DNA of 63,328 bases, counting the filler, from Octopus bimaculoides (Eukaryota): the NCBI RefSeq assembly GCF_001194135.2. It is 6 parts of 5 records of this genome, joined end to end, with 100 filler letters (N's around TTAATTAATTAA, not from the genome) between each part and the next. Parts side by side here need not be neighbours in the genome. Positions count along the whole stretch, not along the records: positions 10,408 to 34,827 come from NC_068981.1; 5 more parts are not named here. The stretch is one strand, 5' to 3'. The notes beneath the pieces are model-generated. The model saw nothing but the letters and a program-made list of their open reading frames with translations, was not told the DNA's origin and ran no database searches. The translations under genes were made by a program, and so were the position numbers. Positions 13,121-24,850 of this stretch are shown piece by piece (the stretch's first letter is position 1; each line of letters begins with the position of its first letter).

Positions 13121-13739
13121 TTATGAGGACAATGAGCATAAAAAGAAAAGAAAAGGTTTTGTTTTTTTTTTNNNNNNNNNNNNNNNNNNNNNNNNNGTTA
13201 ATACATGTGGGGAACAGTTTAATAAGCAGAAGACACCAGAAGACATTGGAAATGATGACAACCAGATAACACAAGCATTAAATGCGCCTTAATCTCATCA
13301 ATAGTTCGTGACCAGTGAGAGTGACGGTAACCAAGATAATACCACAAGACGATCGGTGTGTGATGGATGCAGAAATAAAACTTTACATGGACTTAATGAA
13401 ATTTAAAAATCTTCCCATAACTTCAACTAATTTCTCTGATTCGAGAATCAGAGTCAAACCATGGAAAAAGCCTTATAATATAAAATTCAATTGTTACATA
13501 GATTTCACGACCGACTCTCGATACTTATTACACGTCAAGGCATTGAAAATGCAAGCTTCAAAAGAAAATCACATGCATTAACGCAATAAATATAAGTATG
13601 CCACCTTCGACATTACCTACCAGTCCATGCTTATTATCACATTAATACTCTCTGACCAATTGTTTAGAAATCCGTGGATGCACACCGTGCATCTTAATAC
13701 AAAGCAATTCAACCAACACAATGTTTGTTATAATGTCCT

Positions 13740-13950
13740 TTTCTACTCTAGGCACAAGGCCCGAAATTTTTGGAGAGCGAGCCAGTCGATTAGATCGACC
13801 CTAGTACGCAACTGGTACTTAATTTATCGACCCCGAAAGGATGAAAGGCAAAGTCGACCTCGGCGGAATTTGAACTCAGAGCAAAAAGACAGGCGAAACA
13901 CTGCGAAGCATTTTGCTCGGCATGCTAACGATTCTACCAGCTCGCCACCT
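13740..13950 (-). mobile_element. SINE family A (full length)
   Basis: Reverse complement of 2032-2247 (TACTCTAGGCACAAGGCC...GAATTTGAACTCAG...CTAACGATTCTACCAGCTCGCC). Confidence 0.9.
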
Positions 13951-13989
13951 TCAATATTTGACATAATATCACAAACAATTACTAAAGCA

Positions 13990-14172
13990 GCGGGCTAGTA
14001 GAAACGTTAGCACGCCGGGTGATATGCTTAGTGGTATTTCGTCTGTCTTTACGTTCTGAGTTCGACTTTGCCTTTCAAGGTCGATAAATTAAGCACTAGT
14101 TGCGTACTGGGGTTGATCTAATAGACCCCTTCCCGAAAATTTTCAGGCCTTGTTCCTAGAGTATAAAAGAAT
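13990..14172 (+). mobile_element. SINE family A (small internal deletion)
   Basis: GTAGAAACGTTAGCACGCCGGG...CTGAGTTCGACTTTGCC...TACTGGGGTTGATCTAAT...CCTAGAGTATAAAAG. Confidence 0.85.
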
Positions 14173-14407
14173 ATCACCACAATTACTGTATGTACACTCT
14201 AAGCAACCTGTACATCCCAGCAAGGACAAGAAAAAGATTTCTCCTTAGACGTCCCCTTCTTCACTTCAACACACCCAGCCGCCATAATTGCGTGTTAAAT
14301 ATCTCTTTATGATTCTCCGATTAAATATATTCACATGTATAAACTTTAATAACACAGAAAACAAGAAAGAGAATGAAGGTCACTAGAATTCAGACAACAC
14401 AGGATGT

Positions 14408-14473
14408 AGTACTCGGGCCGACCAAAGCCTTGTGAGTGGATTTCGTAGATGGAAACTGAAAGAAGCCCATCTC

Positions 14474-14528
<55 letters not shown>

Positions 14529-14590
14529 TTTGCGTGTCTGTGTTTGTATCTCCACCATCGCAGTCACATGACTGAACCGAATAAAAGAAT
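14408..14590 (+). mobile_element. SINE family B fragment with internal (TG)n
   Basis: CTCGGGCCGACCAAAGCCTTGTGAGTGGATTTCGTAGATGGAAACTGAAAGAAGCCC-(TG)n-GTGTCTGTGTTTGT..CCACCATCGC. Confidence 0.75.
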
Positions 14591-15049
14591 AAACCTCACA
14601 CAGCAAACACAGCGACAAATATCAAAATACGTTCCTTGCACTAATACCAACATTTCGATATCTTTCTCTCAAAAGAAATCCTCACTGTGATCAAATTAAA
14701 ACAAACATACAACAAAGAATCAACGAATTCATCATCTACAGCAACACGAAAAAAACCTTAATATCGATGGTCGGTCTGCTATAATTAATACCCTATTATC
14801 TCTCATAGATTAAAAAAAAGTGATGACACATTGGGTATTAGAATCCTAAATATTTATGCCTCAATAAAGACTAAATAGCCAAATTTGAAACAACTATACT
14901 TATAAAACCCTGTGGATTGTTGTATGTATGCATGTATGTATGTATGTATGTATGTATTATGTATGTATGTATGTATGTATGTATATATGTATGTATACAT
15001 GCAGATTTGTGTTTTGTTTTATGTATACTTGCATATCTAGATATGCTGA

Positions 15050-15425
15050 TATATATTTAAATGATAAAATAATGGAAAAGTTTACAGATTTTCACAGTTT
15101 CAGTGTAATCATTGAATCCTGGTTTTGAGAAGCCTAATTGCTCAGGATTGGTATTTAGGTAGTGTGTTACATACATCAGTACACCAATAACTACTGGTAC
15201 AAACCTGAACTTCTAATCTCGATAGACTAACTGCAGATTTCTCAATAATTCAGTGTAGGTATCCTCTTTTTAACTGATCTTCAGCTTTATGTTAACATCG
15301 GTTGAGCAGCTGGTTTCCGCAACAGTGTACAGTTCCCCTTCTCTATCCAACATCATTATATCAAGTCTTATGTGCTTACACTTTACTGGGGTTACCACTG
15401 GAACATTCCACCAGTGCTCCTTTTA
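15050..15425 (-). pseudogene. 3' end of an RLE-type (R4/Dong/NeSL-like) non-LTR retrotransposon
   Basis: Minus-strand translation EHWWNVPVVTPVKCKHIRLDIMMLDREGELYTVAETSCSTDVNIKLKIS*KEDTYTELLRNLQLVY..FRFVPVVIG: decayed PD..(D/E)xK endonuclease region; TVKICK near the C-terminus. Confidence 0.7.
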
Positions 15426-15813
15426 ATTATGAGTGGCACCCCATCTACTCTGCCAACCATCCAACGTAGATAGCTTTTATCCCCTCGAACATCAAATATG
15501 TCACTTTTATGCACAGAAGACAAATGATCACATAAGCTTATTCTACGCTCTTCTATCACACAAGTATATGGACATCACACATACCTTTGACAATACTTCA
15601 TATATACAAACTTATGAACCTAAAACCCTAGGAACCAAGTTTGATGTCAGAAAGAAATGTGAAACTCCACAATTATGATTACCGACCCAAACAAAATGCA
15701 CAATGCAGATGCAGAGACATGCATACGTGTAAGTAAATACCCATGAACATTTTTTTGTATGCGTATAACACCACTTGATTCACAGAAGGAATATTTACAT
15801 TAACTTATGAATA

Positions 15814-15987
15814 GGCACAGGAGTGGCTGTGTGGTAAGTAGCTTGCTTACCAACCACATGGTTCCGGGTTCAATCCCATTGCGTGGCACCTTGGGCAAGT
15901 CTCTTCTACTATAACCTCGGGCCGACCAGAGCCTTGTGAGTGGATTTGGTAGACGGAAACTGAAAGAAGCCCGTCGTGTATATGTAC

Positions 15988-16021
<34 letters not shown>

Positions 16022-16385
16022 NNNNNNNNNNNNNNNNNNNNNNNNNNNNNNNNNNNNNNNNNNNNNNNNNNNNNNNNNNNNNNNNNNNNNNNNNNNNNNN
16101 NNNNNNNNNNNNNNNNNNNNNNNNNNNNNNNNNNNNNNNNNNNNNNTGTGTGTGTGTGTGTGTGTGTGTGTGTCTGTGTTTGTTCCCCCACCATCGCTTG
16201 ACAACCGATGCTGGTGTGTTTACGTCCCCGTAACTTAGCGGTTCGGCAAAAAGAGACCGATAGAATAAGTACTAGGCTTCCAAAGAATAAGTCCTGAGGT
16301 CGATTTGCTCGACTAAAGGCGGTGCTCCAGCATGGCCGCAGACAAATGACTGAAACAAGTAAAATAGTAAAAGAGTAAAAGAGTA
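15814..16385 (+). mobile_element. SINE family B, full length (tRNA head, CORE-like GGCACCTTGGGCAAG domain, internal microsatellite, 3' tail)
   Basis: GTGGCTGTGTGGTAAG (A box), GGTTCAATCCC (B box), internal (TA)n/N/(TG)n, tail GGCGGTGCTCCAGCATGGCCGCAG..ATGACTGAAACAAG(TAAAAGAG)n. Confidence 0.9.
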
Positions 16386-17248
16386 TATCCACAAACTTGT
16401 GTATAAGTAGACAAGCAACATATGAATATAAAATCCTATGAATTCACAACACTATGAACCATGATTGATGCAAAAGTTTGGCAAATATGTGAAACTCCGC
16501 AGTCAGGTGCACATATATTCAAATTTAAATTATTATGTGCATGGATTCAAAATGCAGTTATGTTAATGCAAGCCAGCGTATAAAATTCAAAATCCAAATT
16601 TACTGCAAAGGAGTTAATAATTCGAGAGTTGTCCCTTTATTGCAAAGCTGCATGTGATCTCAAGTGATTTTATATTGTTTTCATCCAAGATGGAGGGGAA
16701 CACGAATGTTCCCTGTGACAGGTTTCATAATTGCTAAGAAATATCACTCACCATGAAATCATTGGTAGACTGGCTACCCTACAAATAAAGTGTGTATATA
16801 TATACATATATATCGAGAGAGACAAAGAGACATGCATATATCTAAATAAATATATGCATCTACCTTTGTATATGCGTATGCATATATACATATATGCACG
16901 TATATATGTATATATTTAAGTGTATATTTATATTTGCATATATTTGGAAAGTTTCTGGTTTCTTTGAAAAGTGTACAAAGTTTTGTCAAGTTTCAACTTC
17001 CATTTTTCTTTATAATCTAAGTTTGCTTTATCAGTAAATCGCAAAATCGCATTAAAATTTCTCGCTATGTTCTCAGAAGATAACTTTACTTGCAATTATT
17101 AATTTTTTTTCTGTGATTTGAGGCTTTTCTCTTGCATGTACCAAGTTTCAAACAAAGAATGAAGTCAAAATAGAACGATAATAATAATACTACTAAAGCA
17201 AATAAAATACTACTGGCACTATTACTATTTCTGCAGCTACTCCTGCTC

Positions 17249-17249
<1 letters not shown>

Positions 17250-17327
<78 letters not shown>

Positions 17328-17353
17328 TAATTACTATTATTACTATTATTATT

Positions 17354-17391
<38 letters not shown>

Positions 17392-17468
17392 TCAACATAC
17401 GTTAATAGCACAGTGTTGGCAACATCCACAACAGTAATAATAATAATAGTGATAATAATAATGATAAT

Positions 17469-17507
<39 letters not shown>

Positions 17508-17510
17508 TAG
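17250..17510. repeat. (TAA)n/(TAT)n/(CAT)n microsatellite cluster
   Basis: Direct inspection. Confidence 0.95.
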
Positions 17511-20500
17511 AATGTTGTTTGGTTTATACAACAAATTATTGATTAGTGAATTCTAATCATTTTCAAATTGAGGTAAAGAATGGTAGTTTAAAAAGCAGCA
17601 CAGCAAAAGTTAACAGAACGGAAATCATGTAACAATTACAATAGCACCATTAAAGATAATAATCACATTATGTGTGACAAAACCTGCATCTTGATAAATT
17701 TTTGAATAGTTTACGTAACAACTTACAAATTTCATTGAGTAACTTTTCCCTATTGAAATAACCAAATTATTAAGCTTCATACAAGACGAAACTGTATTAA
17801 AAAATAAATAGATGTACAAAAAGACATATGAAAATTTAGAATGAAAAAAATATCTTTAAAATAATAGAGAAAAATAAACAAACAAGGAAGATGTAAAGCC
17901 ATGAAAAGTGTAGAGAAGACAATGAGAAACAAAAACAGCATAGAAGAATTAGGAAAGGAAAGGTAGAAAGCAAGAAACTATGCAGCAATGATTAAAAAAA
18001 TACAAAGCTAGAAAGAAAAAAAATGAATCTTTTTCAAATAAGTCGATAGAATTAGACAAATTTTCGATAAATGATATGAGGAACTCGAAAATAAAATATT
18101 ATTCAAAAATCTACTTATTGATTTCAATATATCTGCTAACTTTTTATTTATTTATTTTTTTTTTTTACTTTTTACCCTAATTTTTAATTTTATAATCTGT
18201 TAAGTTATCTTCAGCAGGATGTAAAATTTTAGGAAGGAAAAACTTTTTCTTCAGATCTTACTGACAAATTCTAAGCACCGATTCTGTACGGCTGTAAAAG
18301 TGTGAGAATTTCTCTGAAAACATCTAGAGATTTGGAAGTTCTAAGAAATAAAGAATACTCTAAAATAATACAGAAAACAGTATAAAATCAAAGAAGGATA
18401 TTGAAATATTCCTTCGGGATAAGATATTGAGTTTAAATAAAATTTACGTACAACTGTGATGAAAGATATATATATATATATATCAAAAGGTGCACATGCG
18501 CAGAAGGTAGCCACAGAGGGAAATTAAAGCATATAAACAATACAGCACCCCCTCTCTTTCTTTCTCTCTCATTCTCTGTGTCTCTTCCTAAGTATGTGTA
18601 TGTGTGTGTGTACGCACTGGCTCACACACTGACACACACACTTATATATACATGAATGCATACATACATGCACACATACAAACAGCACTATCATGGCTAA
18701 TTGCATTCACTACTATAGGAGATCTGCAAGCATCACTTTTTGGTAACTCTTTTTTTTCGTTATTACTATATTCCCTTTTTATCTTCTATCTCATCCACGT
18801 TGCATGGCACTTTTCTCACTCTGTTACTTTTATTTCTAAACATACATTTAGACTTTTTCTCAGACGTTAAATATCTCAAATGTTATGTTATGAATTATAC
18901 GCAATCAATATTTATAAACTTAGTTTTAGCCAAATATATAACACCCACATAAACCAATAATTTGTATATTGTTCAGTCATAACGAAAATTGGTAACTATA
19001 TATTCCGTGCATCAACGGTATAAAAAACTGTTTTAATTACAACTATTTTTGTTATCTGTATTTCGTGTAGTTACATTTTTACTGCGTATTTGTGGTGCTT
19101 GTTAGTGTATCTGCACTGTAACTTGAAATCCGACATCAGCGCGGGGCAACATATGCGTATAAGTAAATAACAAGGACAATGACTAACATTATACAAATGC
19201 TCGTTTGTTTGCTGTTGAGAGAAGACTGTATTGTTGCTTGAAGTTTCGAAATTGTAGTCCATTGTCAGAGGAGAAATAGAAAAAATATAGAAATTACAGA
19301 AATTATAGAAAATGAAGAACGACAATAGAGTCCTTGTGAATTAAGATTACACTTTTCAGTGAGGCTGAATCAGGAAATGGGAAGTAAGCGATTCCAGCGA
19401 CACAGACTGATTAAAAGGGGAAATGAAATCATGTCGATGCGAATGTGTGGCGTAGCCATACATTCAGAGTTTTCTAAAGTGTGTGTGTGTGTGAGTGTGC
19501 GTGNNNNNNNNNNNNNNNNNNNNNNNNNNNNNNNNNNNNNNNNNNNNNNNNNNNNNNNNNNNNNNNNNNNNNNNNNNNNNNNNNNNNNNNNNNNNNNNNN
19601 NNNNNNNNNNNNNNNNNNNNNNNNNNNNNNNNNNNNNNNNNNNNNNNNNNNNNNNNNNNNNNNNNNNNNNNNNNNNNNNNNNNNNNNNNNNNNNNNNNNN
19701 NNNNNNNNNNNNNNNNNNNNNNNNNNNNNNNNNNNNNNNNNNNNNNNNNNNNNNNNNNNNNNNNNNNNNNNNNNNNNNNNNNNNNNNNNNNNNNNNNNNN
19801 NNNNNNNNNNNNNNNNNNNNNNNNNNNNNNNNNNNNNNNNNNNNNNNNNNNNNNNNNNNNNNNNNNNNNNNNNNNNNNNNNNNNNNNNNNNNNNNNNNNN
19901 NNNNNNNNNNNNNNNNNNNNNNNNNNNNNNNNNNNNNNNNNNNNNNNNNNNNNNNNNNNNNNNNNNNNNNNNNNNNNNNNNNNNNNNNNNNNNNNNNNNN
20001 NNNNNNNNNNNNNNNNNNNNNNNNNNNNNNNNNNNNNNNNNNNNNNNNNNNNNNNNNNNNNNNNNNNNNNNNNNTATGTATGTATGTATGTATGTATGTA
20101 TGCACGCATGTGTGTATGCATGTATGCATGTATGTATGTGTTTATAGGTAAATGTACATATGTATTCAGATAAATACCTTTACATACGCTATAGTGAATC
20201 TATCGTTGCTCTATGACATTATGCCTCGTATCTTATCTATTTGAACGTTTATCCATATAAGTCCTTTTGACTATGTATGCAATATATTATCATATTTATC
20301 TATTCCTCATAACATCACAGTCCAAATAGGTTTCGACTGCAAATCTTTACTTCAAATAAGTCAACATTTTTCATTGAACTTATTGAACTCTTAAAGCTTA
20401 AGCTACAAAACTCTTGAAATATTTTGATATAGATATTTTACAGAAAAAGATTTCTCATCTTTCAGGTTACTTTTTTTTACTCTCATTTTATTTCTTTATC

Positions 20501-20951
20501 ATGTTCTATTCGTTCTTTTACTACTTTTACTTCGCTAAGCAAAAGGAATGCGAAGAGATTATCTTGTGAATAAAGAGTAGATGTTGGAAATAATTATTAG
20601 ATATTAACTGCATATGTATTTATGTGGCAAAAAGAAATGAAAATATCGTTTTTCTTCTTAATTTCAGATTTCTCTTGTCCAGATCCCGAAGCAGTTTTAA
20701 CATTTTTCATTTGTATCTTATAGGAAGAGATGCAAATTTTAAAAGATGATAAATAATCAGAAAGAGTTAGATAGAGACGGGAAAAAGCAAGTGAAGCGAA
20801 ACACTGGTGAGAAATATATACATATATGAAAAATAGACGAAAATAAAGTTAGCTACACGGCAACAGAATTTAAAAAAATATATATGATAAAATGAATGGT
20901 ACAGACTGGAGCAGAAGAGAAGAAATGGAGAGAGAGAGATAGAGAGAGAGA

Positions 20952-21003
<52 letters not shown>

Positions 21004-21766
21004 TAGTGAGAGAGAGAGAGAGAAGACAAAGAGTAAGCGAAAGTGAGGAAGGGAGGAGGCAAGTTTTAGGATGGGATCAATATAGTTGACACAATTACGG
21101 AAGATTGGATATTATAGAAAAGCAGATTTTACTGTGTTGGCCTAGCTGTTCGATCCTGGTCGATTAAAATGGGAAATATCTAACTTATGCTTCATTAATC
21201 CGTGGATGTATCTTGCTTTATCATTGGCTGTTGGATGGATTAAATGAATTACTTAGACAACCAAGTATCTATATTTATTCGAATGCGAAAGAATGTTCTT
21301 TAACTATGTACAATACTGCTGCTGGCAAACGGAGAGGATGAAATAAGCCAACATCGGTTACAGGATTTTTCTTACCCTTGAATTTCCAATATCCGGTACA
21401 GAGATCCCTTACAGCAATGCACACCAATCGTGAACAATTCCACTGACCGTCAGATACGTATGTCCAGAAGTCATTGATATCAATAAAAGACGCACACAAA
21501 TGTCGTTGTTTACCACTCCACTTGCTTCACTGTTTATGTCTATCGGGGAATCTAACATCAAGTCAGGCCATCGTCGATTACAACTTATGTACAGAACATA
21601 TCACTAACGCATCGTTGTACATATGTCTTACCATTCGAACGCTGTTTCTTTTAATCTATCCATTCAACAGACTGCTCTCTCACCTTCATACCCCTTCCTC
21701 CAGTCTTTCTTCTATTTCCTAAATCTTTCTCATCTGTTCTTCATTTTCTTTCCAAATATATCACGC

Positions 21767-21767
<1 letters not shown>

Positions 21768-21799
<32 letters not shown>

Positions 21800-21814
21800 C
21801 ATTATTATTATTAC

Positions 21815-21905
<91 letters not shown>
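21768..21905. repeat. (TAT)n microsatellite
   Basis: Direct inspection. Confidence 0.95.
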
Positions 21906-21907
<2 letters not shown>

Positions 21908-23429
21908 AATTAATCTGAATGTTGTTCTTGTTATTGTTATTAGTTTTCTTGTTTCTGTTGTTAGTAAGTGTTTGTGTTGTTTTTATTATTTTCACTTTGC
22001 TGTTGCTTGACTCTATAATTCTAGTTGGTAGTAGGCAATGGTCTCTGCAAACATAAAATGTTTGCAGCAACAAACATCAGCCCGAGCAATAGTTAACACA
22101 CTGTTCTTAATCTTCTCTTTCAGTTATTTTATGATAGTTTTTGGTATATGGCGGAAACGTTTTCCCTTTGAAAGTTTCAATTGTTCTTTAGGGCTGTGTT
22201 ATCAAAGGTCGTAAAAGGTGATGCAATAACTGTTCTCAGCTGGAATTAATAAGGATATATGGAGAAAAGTGCAGAGACGGGAAAGAAACAATATTTTATA
22301 CAACATATAGCGGAAATAAAAGGAACGAGGGGGTCGTTTGATTCGAAGTCAGGCAGTTCCTGGTTCCTGATAGGTCTTAATCAAGGTAAGATGTGAACTC
22401 TTTCGCGTGCCTCACTTAGTTTTAGTTGTAAACAAAATAACATGCATGCATGACTACATTTATACATTTATCATATCCAAAAGGAATATATAGAAAACAA
22501 TAAAAATAAATAAAACGAAAAAAAGGCGATCTGGCAAGAAAAACAAGTACCTGCATAAAGATATTACTTTGTAAGAAAGAAAATTTATTCAACATGAACA
22601 GTTCTAATAATAGATATTTTAGTAATAAAAACAATATTTTGGGATATAGAACGATTGGATATTTTCTTCGTCTGCATCAAAGCTAATTTTACTATAGAAA
22701 CTAGCATACGTATATCACTTCAAGTTAGATATTAAGTATTCCTTTTTATTAGCATCTAATAAAAGAAAACAATTACAACTCAGATTCATAACGTTAAAAC
22801 ACTGACTTTAGCTAAACACTGCAAAATATGAAAACCTTCTTGACCCAAAGTTGAGCACCGTGTCAAAAGATGGTTGCAAAGTATAGAATAAAATAAATGG
22901 TATTATTTCTCTGCAAACTGAAAATGTATTTAAAAGGTATTCTTTTAGATTAAGGGTTCTAATTTGAGAAATAGAGATTTGCAAAGCTTTCCCATTTTGC
23001 TGCATCACAGGTGTCCAGTCAGAACCAGAGTGTTTTATCCAAGTTTTATGTCTATACATATATACATACACACATTTGAAACTCTTAGTTTTAGAATGAT
23101 GGCAGCTGATGAAGGAAATGTTCTCTATGTGGCCAGTGTGTTTTCTGTGCTCTGTTTATGTTGTTTTTCATTTTGTCCACGTGACGTCCTGTACCCAGAT
23201 ATGCATCTATATATACATGTAGATGTAGGAATGTACATACATGTACGTATATATGCATGTACTCACATATTTGTATTATTATATATAAATATGTATGTAT
23301 ACATACGTGTGTGTGTGTGTGTGTATGAATGTGGCTTCGCTATTTCCTGCAGAAATACAACTCAATGCATAGAGAGAGAGAGAGTACAGATGATTAGTGG
23401 GAGATTTCAAGATTGAACAATCCACTCTT

Positions 23430-23615
23430 CCAAAACAACAGATATGCTACAATTATATTTTTCATGCATATACGTAACCCCATGAACTCCAGAAGACTAT
23501 ACACCATCACATGATTTATAATGCACGAAGAAATTCCTACAAGCTTCAGAAATTTGCTTCCTCTGCATCTTCTCAATGACTTCAACATCCTTCCCCCACA
23601 AACCAGCATATAAGT
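23430..23615 (-). pseudogene. Degraded C-terminal RT fragment of an L2/CR1-group LINE
   Basis: YAGLWGKDVEVIEKMQRK, then after a frameshift FLKLVGISSC..VMVYSLL; resembles the post-RT YxxxVWG..IEKVxRKFLKxILGV..AVYGELG motif. Confidence 0.4.
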
Positions 23616-23772
23616 AAATCTACACAAATTTCTACTCATAAGTTTATACATAATTTTACATTTAGTCTTATATCTGTATTTGTATATTTGCATTCTTGCA
23701 TTCTTAAATATCTATTTCAACTCCTCTTAAGCTTATGTGTACAGATATAACTAATATATGGAGACACCATAC

Positions 23773-24618
23773 ATATACACTGCTATAGGCCATTTACAAC
23801 ATGGCATAATATACTGCGTAAAATCTATATCAATTTAATTTATAGCGTACATCATAAAATATTTAATGTATATAATACCAGATGCATGACATATATGAAG
23901 AAAGATAGAGGAAATATATATAAATTTGAACATACGTAAGCATAAATGTATATAGCCATAAATACGTATAAATACAGAAAGACCTGCAGACTGTATATGC
24001 ATATGTATTTATGTATGTATGTACGCATGTACATATATATATATATATATANNNNNNNNNNNNNNNNNNNNNNNNNNNNNNNNNNNNNNNNNNNNNNNNN
24101 NNNNNNNNNNNNNNNNNNNNNNNNNNNNNNNNNNNNNNNNNNNNNNNNNNNNNNNNNNNNNNNNNNNNNNNNNNNNNNNNNNNNNNNNNNNNNNNNNNNN
24201 NNNNNNNNNNNNNNNNNNNNNNNNNNNNNNNNNNNNNNNNNNNNNNNNNNNNNNNNNNNNNNNNNNNNNNNNNNNNNNNNNNNNNNNNNNNNNNNNNNNN
24301 NNNNNNNNNNNNNNNNNNNNNNNNNNNNTTACTTCTAAAGTTAGTTAAAAGTAACCAAAGTTAGTTATCAAAAGTCAAAAGGAAAAGATCATAACTTTGA
24401 CAAAAGTTATTTAAAAAATCGTAACTGTATCTATTTAAAAAAAAAAAAATACTCTCTTGCCAACCCAATACTTCTACCTTTATGTATATTATGTCTATCT
24501 TTCAACATATGCATCTGGTATTATACACATTAAATATTCTATAGTCTACGCTATAAATTAAATTGATATAGATTCTACACAGTGCCATGTTGTAAATAGA
24601 TTATAGCACGTGTATATA
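23773..24618. repeat. ~150-bp diverged inverted repeat (arms 23773-23924 and 24479-24618) around a microsatellite and gap
   Basis: ATTTACAACATGGCA..AATCTATATCAATTTAATTTATAGCGTA..AATATTTAATGT.TATAATACCAGATGCAT on +; its reverse complement lies at 24479-24618. Confidence 0.85.
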
Positions 24619-24654
24619 TACATATGCGTGTGTGTATTTATCCTTTTTTTATCT

Positions 24655-24850
24655 CTTTCTCTCGCTATTTGTTTCAGTTACTGGAATGCGGCTGTGTAAG
24701 TACAGTGGTCGAGCAGTTCAACCCCAGTACTTACTTTTTAGAACTTGTTATATATTCTAACGTCTCTTATGCCCAACTGCTAAGTTATTCGGATTGAAAC
24801 TCACTTACACCGGTTGTCAAAGCGGGGGGGACGCAAAGACATTCACACGC
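24655..24850 (-). mobile_element. Degraded SINE family B, 3' half
   Basis: TTGTTTCAGTTACTGGAATGCGGC...CTGCTAAGTT...ACACCGGTTGTCAAAGCGG. Confidence 0.6.

Noticed and set aside
21383-21397. 14-bp match TTCCAATATCCGGT to the tRNA-like unit at 8222
   Set aside because: Matches of this length are expected by chance in a 63-kb self-comparison, and it does not extend.
22311-22385. Possible exon ending at CAAG/GTAAGA (EIKGTRGSFDSKSGSSWFLIGLNQ)
   Set aside because: Good donor but poor acceptor and an unrecognised peptide.
23070-23125. Type II hammerhead (GAAAC...CTGATGA)
   Set aside because: Helix I and II pairings are weak in this copy; cannot be supported without a family consensus.
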